32,000 bases of DNA from Candidatus Kuenenia stuttgartensis (GTDB lineage Bacteria; Planctomycetota; Brocadiia; Brocadiales; Brocadiaceae): contig NZ_LT934425.1 in the NCBI RefSeq assembly GCF_900232105.1, positions 1,650,001 to 1,682,000 on the forward strand, in the 5' to 3' direction. The stretch's first letter is position 1. Each line of letters starts with the position of its first letter. Below the pieces are notes generated by a model. That model searched no databases. It was not told the DNA's origin and worked only from the letters and a program-made list of their open reading frames with translations. Made by a program: the position numbers and the translations under genes. Shown here in pieces: positions 10,893-21,529 of the stretch.

Positions 10893-11681
10893 ATGTTTAC
10901 AAAATTTCAGAAAAGTTTTCAAACTGGTATAGCAACCTCGGGATATCCATGGAAAAAAGAACCTGCTCCTTTGCATTTCCGGGGCAGGATTGAGATAGAT
11001 AGCGAAAAATGTAAGGCATGTAACGTCTGCGTGGAGACATGTCCAACAAATGCTTATACATGGATAGAAGAACAGGGAAAACGATATCTGCAACTCTCTC
11101 ACGCAAAATGCGTATTTTGCGGCATGTGCGAGGAAGTATGCCCTTACAAAGCTATCAGGATTACGAATGATTTTGAGCTTGCGGCAACAAATAAGGAAGA
11201 CCTTTTAGTTAAGGCAGGGTTTAATACTGAAGAATCCGTTGAAACATTAGGTAATAAACTCAAAAAAAACATATTTAAAATGTTCAGACGCTCATTGCAT
11301 GTACGGGAGATTGATGCCGGTTCTTGCAACGGATGCGAATGGGAGGTCGTTGCTTTATTAAATCCTGTGCATGACCTCCAAAGGTTCGGAATTGACATTG
11401 TTGCCTCTCCGCGCCACGCAGACTGCCTGCTTGTGACGGGACCTCCGACAAGGAATCTGGAAACCGCCCTCATCAAGGGGTATCATGCCACCCCGGAACC
11501 AAAGATGGTCATAGCCTTGGGTACGTGTGCGTGTAGCGGCGGTATTTTCAGTAATTCCTACGCCACTAAAAACGGGATCGACAAAGTCGTTCCCGTAGAT
11601 GTTTATATTCCTGGCTGTCCTCCAAGACCACAGGCTATTATATACGGATTTCTGTTGGCGTTAGAGAGGGTACAAAAGTGA
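10893..11681 (+). CDS. Fused hydrogenase-4 2x[4Fe-4S] ferredoxin subunit (HyfH-like) and small subunit (HyfI/NuoB-like)
   Basis: Start moved to ATG 10893 (MFTKFQKSFQTGIATSGYPW, typical HyfH N-terminus). N-terminal half has CKACNVCVETCP and CVFCGMCEEVCP. C-terminal half has GSCNGCEWE, GTCACSGG and PGCPPRP, with no stop between them. Confidence 0.88.
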   Translation: MFTKFQKSFQTGIATSGYPWKKEPAPLHFRGRIEIDSEKCKACNVCVETCPTNAYTWIEEQGKRYLQLSHAKCVFCGMCEEVCPYKAIRITNDFELAATNKEDLLVKAGFNTEESVETLGNKLKKNIFKMFRRSLHVREIDAGSCNGCEWEVVALLNPVHDLQRFGIDIVASPRHADCLLVTGPPTRNLETALIKGYHATPEPKMVIALGTCACSGGIFSNSYATKNGIDKVVPVDVYIPGCPPRPQAIIYGFLLALERVQK

Positions 11682-11945
11682 GTATCTCAGGCTAACGGCT
11701 TTTTTTGTCAATCATGGGACTACGTCAAAGATATAGCCAAACAAATTACTGATAAGGTGCTAAATCTTGCAATGCAACGCAAAAGCCTATGAACAAACGG
11801 CCAGACAGACAGATTTGCTCCGATAAATATGGACAAGGCCAGGCATTATTTCCCCGCTCCCTTAATGATACTGTGTACCCGTTTTCTTCCGGGTTCGATG
11901 GCACTTTTTAAATAACAACAAAAGATACAGGAAATATTAAACACT

Positions 11946-12812
11946 ATGAATTTTTCTCTTCCCTACAAAAAAATTTCTTCTCTACTGGAGTTAATTAAAT
12001 TTTCACACACTATTTTTTCCTTCCCTTTTGCCATAATGAGTGCATTTATTGCTGCCGGCGGGATGCCTACTTTGAGGCAATTACTTCTGATTGCCGGGGC
12101 GTTGGCGATGGCGCGCAGCGCCGCAATGTCTTTTAACCGCATTGTTGATGTTGATTACGATATCAAAAATCCCCGAACGGCATATCGTGTTGAATTGCAG
12201 AAGAAAATTGGCAAAAAAAACGTATGGATATTTACGCTGGTATGTACGGGCCTTTTTATTCTATTTGCGGGGCTGCTTAGTCGTCTTGCCCTTTACATGT
12301 CTCCACTGGCAATACTTATTATTTTTGGTTATTCTTTTACCAAACGGTTTACCAATCTATCGCATTTTGTGCTTGGTCTGGCATTAGCTCTTTCCCCTGT
12401 AGGGGCATGGATAGGAATTCAGGGGAGATTCGGCATTACACCTTTCCTGCTGGCATTTGCCGTGGTTTTATGGACGGCAGGTTTCGACATTATTTACGCG
12501 TGCCAGGATATTGAGCATGATAAAAAATTGGACTTGTATTCACTGCCAAAAAAAATCGGGCTTCGATGGGCACTGGTACTCTCCGGTATTTTACATTTTT
12601 TTATGGTCTTACTGTTGTTTATCGTTCCCAGATACTCAGACCTGGGGATTATTTATTTGATAGGCGTATGCCTCGCCGCTGTTTTGCTTTTTTATGAACA
12701 TTTACTGGTAAAACCAAAAGACCTTTCAAAAATCAACACGGCCTTTTTTACCGTAAATGGCATTATAAGCCTGGGGCTTATGGGGGTAACGCTCATTGAT
12801 ATTTTTGCTTAA
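11946..12812 (+). CDS. UbiA-family prenyltransferase (menaquinone/ubiquinone-type 4-hydroxybenzoate polyprenyltransferase-like)
   Basis: 288 aa; NRIVDVDYDIKNPRTAYRV (NxxxDxxxD) and YACQDIEHDKKLDLYSLPKKIG (DxxxD) motifs, polytopic. Confidence 0.87.
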   Translation: MNFSLPYKKISSLLELIKFSHTIFSFPFAIMSAFIAAGGMPTLRQLLLIAGALAMARSAAMSFNRIVDVDYDIKNPRTAYRVELQKKIGKKNVWIFTLVCTGLFILFAGLLSRLALYMSPLAILIIFGYSFTKRFTNLSHFVLGLALALSPVGAWIGIQGRFGITPFLLAFAVVLWTAGFDIIYACQDIEHDKKLDLYSLPKKIGLRWALVLSGILHFFMVLLLFIVPRYSDLGIIYLIGVCLAAVLLFYEHLLVKPKDLSKINTAFFTVNGIISLGLMGVTLIDIFA

Positions 12813-13105
12813 GAGGGTTTCGGGGTATCGCGGGCAAAAAATAATGTTTGTCCATGCTTAATGAGATATCCGGCACGCTTGCAACTTCAGGCTTTCAATT
12901 TTAAGCCCATAATTAATATCGTGACCACGATAGGAAACGGCTAATTTTTTATATTCCGTTGCTGCAGGAGTTTTCCCCTGCCGCCCCATTGGTACCAAGT
13001 GGATTATTGAGCAAAGCGCACAACAAAACAATGGCAAAATAGTTTTTGCCTATGCAAAAATCGGGAATAAATCCGATATAGGTCGTTAAGCGACAAGGAG
13101 TGGTT

Positions 13106-13480
13106 ATGTCTGAACTCAAAGATCCACGGGTTTTTTTTGCGGCAGAAAGGACATTGTTAGCATGGAGTAGAACCAGTATTGTCATGATCGCATCTGGTTT
13201 TGGGATAGAGCGAGCCAGTGTCCTTATACAGGCGGTTACCCATGGAAGAACGACTGCCGATAAAACCGGGGTGGTATTCTGGGTGGGGCTTGCCTTTATT
13301 GCATTGGGTACGTTTGCCGCTTTTTGCTCTTCCCGTCAGTACATCGTTGTTCTTAAAACGCTCACACCCGAAGAGTACCCAATGGGCTATGGGACAAAAT
13401 GCGGGCTTGCGATAAACACTATCGTAGCAGTTCTGGGTATATGTCTGGGCATCGCCGTTTATGTGGGACATGTTTCGTAA
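13106..13480 (+). CDS. DUF202 family small membrane protein
   Basis: MSELKDPRVFFAAERTLLAWSRTSIVMIASGFGIERASV; typical DUF202 AxERTxLAWxRT motif. ATG 13106 preceded by AAGGAG (track start 13100 is GTG). Confidence 0.82.
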   Translation: MSELKDPRVFFAAERTLLAWSRTSIVMIASGFGIERASVLIQAVTHGRTTADKTGVVFWVGLAFIALGTFAAFCSSRQYIVVLKTLTPEEYPMGYGTKCGLAINTIVAVLGICLGIAVYVGHVS

Positions 13481-13526
13481 AATTCCTGAACGCCAAATAA
13501 TTCTTTCAAGTTAAATCTTTCAGTTT

Positions 13527-15332
13527 GTGGAATTTAAAATGCTTGGTGTAAATACAAAACTGTTGATTTTATTTATTGTTCTTGTGGCAATGCTGGTTTT
13601 GTTCGTATGGAACCGATGGCGCTATGATATAGTTGCGCTGGTTGCCCTGCTGGTTGTTGCGGTTGCAGGACTCGTACCGCCTAGCCAGGTGTTTGCTGGT
13701 TTTGGGCACCCTGCAGTCATTACTGTGGCAGCAGTCCTGGTGCTCAGTCGCGGCTTGCTCAATGCCGGCGTGGTGGATTCACTTGCACGCCAATTGACGC
13801 GTGTGGGTAACCAGCCCATGATCCAGGTGGCAACCCTTACAGGGATTGTAGCCCTGAGTTCCGGATTTATGAACAACGTAGGTGCTTTGGCGCTACTCAT
13901 GCCGGTTGCCATATGGATGTCGCGCCGGGGCGGTCGTTCACCTTCATTCCTGCTTATGCCACTTGCCTTCGGGTCATTGTTTGGAGGTACGCTCACATTG
14001 ATCGGTACTCCTCCAAATATTATCATTGCCGCGTATCGCGAACAATCTGGCGCATTACCATTCTGCATGTTTGACTTTATTCCGGTAGGTGCAGCCATAA
14101 CGATGTGCGGTATCATCTTTATTTCAATCATCGGCTGGCGACTGACGCCGCAGCGCAAGGAACAGGATTCTGCCGAGGATCTGTTCGAGATCAGCAGTTA
14201 CCTGACCGAGCTTCTTGTTCCGGAAGGCTGCAAATTTGCAGGCCGGACGCTATACGATCTGATTGCGGCTGTCAGGAATGACGCCGATGTTGTGGTAATA
14301 GGCCTGGTTCGCACAGGACGAAGACAGCAGATGCCATCAACGTATGAAGTCATAAAGGAAAATGACATACTGCTGGTCGAAGCCGATTCAGACAGCCTCA
14401 AGACGTTGATTGATGTTACCGGACTTAAGCTCGCTGAAGCCAGCGGTAATGAGGATAAAGAAAAGGCCCGCGAGGGTGGGCCTAATCTGGTTGAGGCTAC
14501 GGTTGCCCCCGGATCAATGCTCGCCGGAAAAACGGCGAGGAGTCTCGATTTGCGAGAGCGTTATGGCATCAATGTACTTGCAGTTGCACGTCAGGGGCGC
14601 CGCCTGAGGGAGCGGCTAGGCAAGATTCGTTTTGTCACCGGAGATATCCTGTTGATACAGGGACGCGAAGAATCTCTTCCGTCCACGCTGAACGACCTGG
14701 GATGCCTGCCACTTGCATCGCGTGGATTGCGTATCGGCAAACCGCGTAACGTTCTCCTGGCAATCTGCATCTTTGCCGTCTCGCTGGCATTGATCGCCTG
14801 TAAACTCCTTCCTGCGGCTACCGCACTGGCTGGAGGCGCAGCCGCCATGGTGCTTGCCGGACTCATTTCTCCTGGAGAAATCTACAAAAGCATTGATATG
14901 TCAATCATCCTGTTGCTGGCGGCAATGCTGCCCATAGGCCATGCATTGGAAAGTACAGGCGGTTCCCAGTTAATTGCTTACAAATTACTGGCAGTAGGCC
15001 GTTCCGCATCGCCGGCAATGACGCTCGTTATCCTGATGACGGCTACGATGCTTCTGTCTAATTTGGTCAACAATGCTGCTGCCGCAATTCTGGCAGCACC
15101 GATAGCGATTAATCTTGCGAAGGGTATGGAGTTATCTGTCGACCCTTTCCTGATGGCAGTAGCCATAGGGTCTTCCTGTGCATTTCTTACCCCGATTGGA
15201 CACCAATCTAACACTCTTGTGATGGCGCCTGGAGGATACAAGTTTGGCGACTACTGGCGGATGGGGCTGCCCCTGTCTGTACTGGTCGTGGCAACCGCTG
15301 TCCCTGTGATCCTTTGGATATGGCCACTGTAG
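13527..15332 (+). CDS. SLC13/DASS-type (CitT/ArsB-like) permease with internal TrkA-C domains
   Basis: 601 aa; GLVPPSQVFAGFGHPAVITVAAVLVLSRGL, TLIGTPPNIIIAAYREQSG, TrkA-C-like segments, C-terminal GSSCAFLTPIGHQSNTLVMAPGGYKFGDYWRMGLPL. Starts at GTG 13527 or ATG 13539. Confidence 0.88.
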   Translation: MEFKMLGVNTKLLILFIVLVAMLVLFVWNRWRYDIVALVALLVVAVAGLVPPSQVFAGFGHPAVITVAAVLVLSRGLLNAGVVDSLARQLTRVGNQPMIQVATLTGIVALSSGFMNNVGALALLMPVAIWMSRRGGRSPSFLLMPLAFGSLFGGTLTLIGTPPNIIIAAYREQSGALPFCMFDFIPVGAAITMCGIIFISIIGWRLTPQRKEQDSAEDLFEISSYLTELLVPEGCKFAGRTLYDLIAAVRNDADVVVIGLVRTGRRQQMPSTYEVIKENDILLVEADSDSLKTLIDVTGLKLAEASGNEDKEKAREGGPNLVEATVAPGSMLAGKTARSLDLRERYGINVLAVARQGRRLRERLGKIRFVTGDILLIQGREESLPSTLNDLGCLPLASRGLRIGKPRNVLLAICIFAVSLALIACKLLPAATALAGGAAAMVLAGLISPGEIYKSIDMSIILLLAAMLPIGHALESTGGSQLIAYKLLAVGRSASPAMTLVILMTATMLLSNLVNNAAAAILAAPIAINLAKGMELSVDPFLMAVAIGSSCAFLTPIGHQSNTLVMAPGGYKFGDYWRMGLPLSVLVVATAVPVILWIWPL

Positions 15333-15364
15333 TTGTCATTTGTCCGAGAAATCGCCAGCTTGGG

Positions 15365-15406
15365 TATGAATACATTTATAACAATTTATGGCAAATGCTT
15401 CGCCCC
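15365..15406. repeat. Half copy of the GCAAATGCTTCGCCCC inverted-repeat element
   Basis: GTATGAATACATTTATAACAATTTATGGCAAATGCTTCGCCCC resembles the loop plus right arm of the complete element at 23830-23901. Confidence 0.65.
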
Positions 15407-15459
15407 GACATCAACCTTACCCTCAGATGAATCACCCGAAGGGTTTTCATGATTTCAAT

Positions 15460-16452
15460 TCAACATGCAATGGGGATTCGATAAAGATATTTATGAATCT
15501 GTTCCGGGTAAAAAACCTTATGGTCTGGACGGTCATAATGCCAGTCATGTTTGTCCGGAACATGATTTTCATGATATGGCCATTTGCGAAAGGGATCAAA
15601 GCCTAACGCAGCAAGAAGTTTTTTATTACTCATGGCGACATTCCCTGCCCGGGGAGGCATAGGTCCCGCTTCTATGCGCATACACCCTTTCAGCAAGCGG
15701 GGAGAATAGCCTCCCACCTTATTGACTATCTGTCCAATTTGATAGAGGCTGAGGTAACGATGAGAGCCAAGGTGGTATATTCCGCATATTTTGTTCTCTA
15801 AAGCAATTTCTGCAATGCTATTAAAATCTTCGCAATAAAAAGGAGACCGGATTTCATCGTAATATAACGTTGCCGGATTATTTTTTTTAAAACGTGACAA
15901 TATCCAGTCTATTGCTCCAGCATGCCCATTAACACTAATTCCCATGGGGAGCGATATCCTGAAAATCACCGCAGAAGGGTATTCGTGCGCTATAATTTCT
16001 TCTGCCATAACCATGGTTTTCCCATATACCGTGACAGGAGAAACGGCGTCACTTTCCGTGTAACAGCCCGATGATTTCCCAGGAAATACTAAATCGGTGG
16101 AAAGAAATAGAAGACGAATGGTACGGTCTCCGATTATCTTTAGTATGTTCTTCGCCGATTGAACATTCACCCGGTACGCCATTTCAGGATTCAACTCGCA
16201 GGATTTCAATGCACATGACCCAGCCGCATGCAGTATAGAATTAAACTTCCACGTCTTCATTAAGGCAGCAAGTCCTTGTACATCTTCTATGTCAAGCGGA
16301 ATTATTCCCTCCCCGCGCAATGGCCAATATCGGGTGGGACGAATTGCAACTACATGCTCAGGATATTGAGAATGAAAATGCCGAAATGCATTGTAACCTG
16401 GAACGCCATTTACCCCGGTAATTAAAATAGGAAGATACGCTGGTAATGTCAT
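15460..16452 (-). CDS. RmlD-like extended SDR (dTDP-4-dehydrorhamnose reductase / MAT2B-like sugar-nucleotide reductase family)
   Basis: 330 aa; N-terminal GVNGVPG nucleotide-binding motif, HAAG, LSTDLVFPG, PVTVYGKTMVMAEE. The SDR catalytic Lys is replaced by Met. Confidence 0.78.
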   Translation of the reverse strand: MTLPAYLPILITGVNGVPGYNAFRHFHSQYPEHVVAIRPTRYWPLRGEGIIPLDIEDVQGLAALMKTWKFNSILHAAGSCALKSCELNPEMAYRVNVQSAKNILKIIGDRTIRLLFLSTDLVFPGKSSGCYTESDAVSPVTVYGKTMVMAEEIIAHEYPSAVIFRISLPMGISVNGHAGAIDWILSRFKKNNPATLYYDEIRSPFYCEDFNSIAEIALENKICGIYHLGSHRYLSLYQIGQIVNKVGGYSPRLLKGCMRIEAGPMPPRAGNVAMSNKKLLAALGFDPFRKWPYHENHVPDKHDWHYDRPDHKVFYPEQIHKYLYRIPIAC

Positions 16453-16504
16453 AACCTGAATTATCTTTAAGAAAGAGTGTTGTTTTTTCAGTAAGTCTAA
16501 ATAA

Positions 16505-16542
16505 AAAAGGGAAACAGATAATCAATTATCCATTTCCCTTTT
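16505..16542 (-). terminator. Rho-independent terminator of the coiled-coil gene
   Basis: AAAAGGGAAAcaGATAATcaATTATCcaTTTCCCTTTT, a nested near-perfect hairpin with T-rich tail in minus orientation, 40 bp past the stop of the 16583-17392 gene. Confidence 0.8.
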
Positions 16543-16582
16543 AATGTAGATCATATTTTGTCTCTAAACACACATTAAAGCG

Positions 16583-17392
16583 TTACTTCAGCCTTTTTAA
16601 GGTGTGTTCCGCTCTGGAAATCAATGTGCTGACTTCGGAGAGCGACATGGTCGGAGAAGATATCCTTTCGCGGAGTAATGTAAACGTCTTGTCAAGTTCT
16701 CCCGTTAGATTCAGATCCCACTGTGTTTGGCTTGCCGTGCGTGTTTCTACCGGCGCTGAAGATGTTTCTTCACCGCTTTTCAACCTTGCCAACTCCGCTT
16801 CCAACTCCTGAATAATTTTCTTCTTTTCCTCAACTTCTATATCAGAAATCTTCTTTGCTTCAGTATAGTAAATAAGCTGGTTTTTTACCTCTTCCTGTCC
16901 GCGCTTTATATCGTCTATCTGCAACTTAAATTTCTCTTCGGTGGCACTGTGCATTTCCTGAAGGGCGGCAATCTGTCCCGCAAGATCCTCGCTGTTCTTT
17001 TCCGCCTCAGATACCTTTTGTTGCTGCTCCTTTATTACGGTTTCTAGTCCTGCAATCTGAATTCCAACCGCGGCCTTCACTGCACCAAAAGACCCCACCT
17101 CAACCTCTAGTTCGCTAAGCTTTTCGGACAACTCTTCTTTTTCTTCTGAACATTCCGCAAAAGTACCCTCTATTTCCTTCTTAGATGCCTCAACCTTATC
17201 TAATTTTTGCATCAAATCGGGAACTTTTAATACCTCCGTACGCCCTGCCCGAAGCTGTCTCTCAAGACCGTGTACTCTTTCCTTCTGCAGCCGGTACTTT
17301 TCAGTGACAGAAACCGCAAAGCCAACGCACAATAAACCGAAAAGCCCTACAAGCACAACCATTATCGCCTTAGATTTACTACAACTAGCCAT
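16583..17392 (-). CDS. N-terminally membrane-anchored coiled-coil protein, function unknown
   Basis: 269 aa; hydrophobic segment AIMVVLVGLFGLLCVGFAVSV followed by about 190 aa of Glu/Lys/Leu heptad-like sequence; intact with its own terminator. Confidence 0.65.
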   Translation of the reverse strand: MASCSKSKAIMVVLVGLFGLLCVGFAVSVTEKYRLQKERVHGLERQLRAGRTEVLKVPDLMQKLDKVEASKKEIEGTFAECSEEKEELSEKLSELEVEVGSFGAVKAAVGIQIAGLETVIKEQQQKVSEAEKNSEDLAGQIAALQEMHSATEEKFKLQIDDIKRGQEEVKNQLIYYTEAKKISDIEVEEKKKIIQELEAELARLKSGEETSSAPVETRTASQTQWDLNLTGELDKTFTLLRERISSPTMSLSEVSTLISRAEHTLKRLK

Positions 17393-17775
17393 AGAAAACC
17401 CCCTTATTCTGCATTTATTCTAAAACCCATTTGATGTTATATAAATATAAAATGATACATCTACCAGAGAAATATAGAGAAATATTAATGAATATCGCCC
17501 AATTACCCTTCTCCACGAAACGAAAAATGCGGCGAGGGTTATGCTAGCAAAATATAAAACAAGTTTCAAGTAAATTTGTCATTAAAATTTGGATGTCTGT
17601 TTTCATAATGATGTTGCTAACTAATCGAATTTCATATTGACTTTTCAGTTGTATGGCTATAAATTGAATTCTTATATCGGTTAGGGTACAACATCTTGCG
17701 TTTACAATGAAATATTCATGCTCGAATTATAAGGCTTTTCCAACGTTCCACATCAAATTCAATCGGGTGTAATTT

Positions 17776-20700
17776 ATGGACACAAACAACTTCGTTCATC
17801 TCCATGTCCACAGTGAATACAGCCTTCTTGATGGCGCCTGCAAAATAAAAGACCTCGTTAGCAAGGCATTGCATTTTAAAATGCCTGCCCTTGCTCTTAC
17901 AGACCATGGTAATATGTACGGCGCAATCGAATTTTACGAAGCCGCGCAATCCGCTGGAATAAAACCTATTATAGGTTACGAAGCATACGTTGCGCAAGGC
18001 GGTCGCCTTGACAAGGAATCAAAAAACGGGAAGGAAACACTTAGCCATATAACACTCCTGGCGGAAAACTATGAAGGATACCGAAATTTACTAAAACTTT
18101 CCACCTCTGCATATCTGGAAGGCTTTTACTACAAACCGAGAATCGATAAAGAACTATTGAAATCCCATTCAGCCGGGATTATCTGCCTTAGCGGATGCAT
18201 GGCTTCTGAAATCAATCGCCACTTGTCCTTTGACCGCCATGACGATGCCATGAATCTTGCCATAGAATACCTAGAACTCTTTGGCGAAAACCATTTTTAC
18301 CTTGAAATACAAAACAACAAAATCCCACTACAGGAAAAATTGGTGTCCGCGGCGTTCAAAATAGGGAAAACACTAAACATTCCCCTCGTCGCAACCAACG
18401 ACGTGCATTATATGAATATCGACGACGCAGTTGCCCATGACGCATTGTTATGCATAAATACCGGCAAGCGCGTATCTGACAGACAAAGGCTTCGTTTCGA
18501 TACGAACGAATTCTACTTTAAAAATTACCAGGAAATGCACGCCTTGTTTAAGGAAATACCTCACGCTCTTGAAAACACCTTGCACATTGCAGAACGCTGC
18601 GATGTAAAAATGGATTTCGGGAAGCTGCATCTCCCAAAATTTACGCCTCCCGAAGGAATAAGCAACAAGGCATATCTGAGAAAACTCTGCGAAGAAGGGG
18701 TGATAAGAAAATACGGCGCCATACTCCCCCATATCAGCGAACGACTGGACCATGAACTTAAAGTTATAGAAAAAACGGGTTTTGTCGAATATTTTTTAAT
18801 TGTATGGGATTTTATTCATTATGCAAATACCCTCAACATCCCCGCAACGGGAAGAGGATCAGGGGCGGGCAGTATTGTCGCCTATGTATTGAACATCACC
18901 AACATAGACCCTATAGAAAACGATTTATTGTTTGAACGATTTTTGAATGCTGAAAGAATATCAATGCCTGATCTGGATATTGACTTCTGCGCAGAAGGCC
19001 GTGAAGAAATTATCCGGTACGTAAGGGAAAAATATGGCGGCGATAGCAACGTTGCACAGATCATTACATTCGGTACGATGAAAGCAAAGGCTGTCATCCG
19101 GGATGTTGGGCGGGTGCTTGACATTCCTCTTTCTGAAGTCGACAAGATAGCAAAACTGATTCCCAATACCCTCAATATCACCTTAGAAGAAGCCCTGGAA
19201 CAGGAACCGGCTTTAAAAGCGATCTGTCAGGCCGAAAAACAGTTTAAGGAATTATTCGACATTTCAAAGAAACTGGAAGGATTATGCCGTCATGCCTCAG
19301 TACATGCGGCAGGCATCGTTATTTCCGATGAACCATTAACAGAATATGTTCCACTTGCTAAAAAAGGGGATGCCGTCACCACTCAATATTACGATGAAAT
19401 ACTGGTAGATAAAATAGGGTTGCTAAAGGCCGACTTCCTGGGTGTCCGGAAATTAACGGTAATAAAAAGGCTCTTCAATTGATTCACGAAACAACAAGAG
19501 AGATTATTGATCTCGCAAAAATACCCGTAGACGACAAAGCAACCTATCAGATGCTTTCCAGCGGCAACGTAAAAGGGGTCTTTCAGGTAGAAACCAGCAA
19601 AGGGTTTAAGGAGTTACTTAAAAAACTGAAACCGGACACATTCGCTGACATCCTGCCTTTAGTGGCACTCTACCGCCCCGGACCATTACAAAGCGGCATG
19701 GTTGATTCATTCATCAACAGAAAACACGGGAAAGAGGCTGTTGAATATATCCACCCAACCCTCGAATTGATACTGAAAGAAACATACGGCGTCATTTTAA
19801 CCAGGAACAGTAATGAGGATCGCCAATCGCCTGGCAGGATTCACACTGAACGAAGCCGATAATTTGCGCAAGCGTGGGGAAAAAAAAGCTGAAATTATGG
19901 CAAAATTCAAGGACAGTTTGTAAACGGAGCAATTTCAAACGACATCCCGAAAAAAACAGCGATAAAAATATTTGAACTCATGGAATTTTTCGCCGGATAT
20001 GGCTTCAACAAATCCCATTCAGCGGCATATGCCGTAATTACTTACCAAACCGCTTATTTAAAAACCAATTATCCCCTACAGTATATGACTGCCCAATTGA
20101 GCTGTGAAAAACAAAATACAGAAAAAATCATTGATTATATTGAAGACTGCCGCCGATGAATATCGAAATACTCAAACCGGATGTCAATGAGAGCCTCAGC
20201 GATTTCATCATCTCTGAAGGAAATAAAATACGTTTCGGTCTTGGCTCTGTCAAGAATGCCGCGATAAGGCAATTGAATCTATTGTTTCTGCAAGGGAAAA
20301 AGGCGGTAAATTTTCTTCAATACTGGATTTCTGCAAGAGAGTTGACCTGCGCACCGTAAACAAACAAGTCATCGAGAGCCTTGTTAAATCAGGAAGCTTC
20401 GACTCTCTGTCTGACGACAGGGCAAGACGCCGCCTCTCTTGACTCGGCAATGGAACTGGGAAGCGCAGTAAACAAGGGGAAGCGTAAGGGACAAAGCATT
20501 ATTCGATATCGGAAGCGCTATGGATGTTATTTGAAACAGGAAACACCGCAATAAGCAACACTACGCCTGGAACGAAAATGAAATTCGCCAGGCGGAAAAG
20601 GAAAGCCTCGGATTTTTACTTCAGCTCAAGCCCGCTGAGCGAGTATGAAGAAAAAATCAAGCTATTGGCCACCAATTCTTCCTCGGAAATATCTGAACTG

Positions 20701-21245
20701 CCGGAGGGGACTGATGTGATTATTGGCGGTATTATCACCGATATCAAAAAAAGCACCACCAAAAAAGGTGACCCGATGATGTACATTACACTTGATGATA
20801 TGGAAGGCGCGATCAAATGTATCGCCTTTAGCAAAGAACTGAAGGAATATGAGCATTGGCAAAAATAGACGCCGTCGTTTTTATCTGCGGTAATGTGGGG
20901 TATAAAGGCTCAACGCCGAGTGTAAAAATAAATGAACTAATCGCGGGGAAAAACGCTTTCCAGCGCCTGGTAAATCTTTTGGATTGCGCCTTGAAGCTGC
21001 TCATTTTGACGAAACCAAACTGATACAGTTAAAAGACCTTATTAAAAAACACAGGGGCGCTGTCCGTTTTTCATTGAAATTGCCACTCCAAACAACGGAA
21101 GCGTCCAAATCAAAACCTCCAGCCAATATTCTGCAGCAATCACAGATGATTTCCTTTCCCGCACCAGGGAGCTTTTCGATTCACAAAATCTGTTGATTAA
21201 CCAAACGACAAGGCAGTACTCAATTGAATACCTAAAAGGGGCCAT
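17776..21245 (+). pseudogene. dnaE: DNA polymerase III alpha subunit, frameshifted (N-terminal 568 aa intact, remainder broken); right end approximate
   Basis: PHP domain FVHLHVHSEYSLLDGACKIKDLV, polymerase motif RISMPDLDIDFC. Continuation in other frames: LIHETTREIIDLAKI...GVFQVETSKGFKELLKKLKPDTFADI, AGFTLNEADNLR, FAGYGFNKSHSAAYAVITYQTAYLK, OB-domain segment DVIIGGIITDIKKSTTKKGDPMMYITLDDMEG. Confidence 0.9.
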
Positions 21246-21440
21246 GCCGATTTTTTGTAACGTGTCATTTTTGAGCAGGATGACCGAAACGTTAGCGCAC
21301 CCATCAGAAAAATATATGAATGGTCGCACTTCGCTTGACCCATCCTACAAATTAATACGCTTTATTACAAAAAATCGGGGAATGCTCACATGGTATGCCA
21401 GAACCAAACAAGCATGAGATAAAAAATACTAAGCACTAAG

Positions 21441-21510
21441 CACGAAATGCGAAAGATGCACTTTTAGAATTCAAATCATTTTGTCATTAGAATTTGTTTC
21501 GGATTTCACA
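21441..21510 (+). repeat. AT-rich interspersed repeat, copy A
   Basis: cacgaaatgcgaaagatgcacttttagaattcaaatcattttgtcattagaatttgtttcggatttcaca; near-match to the reverse complement of 26028-26101. Confidence 0.75.
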
Positions 21511-21529
21511 ATTACCGGATCGGCAGAGG

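Noticed and set aside
21193-21417. Complete ORF 'MINQTTRQYSIEYLKG...' as a separate gene
   Set aside because: The first part is most simply the frameshifted dnaE C-terminal tail and the remainder is intergenic.
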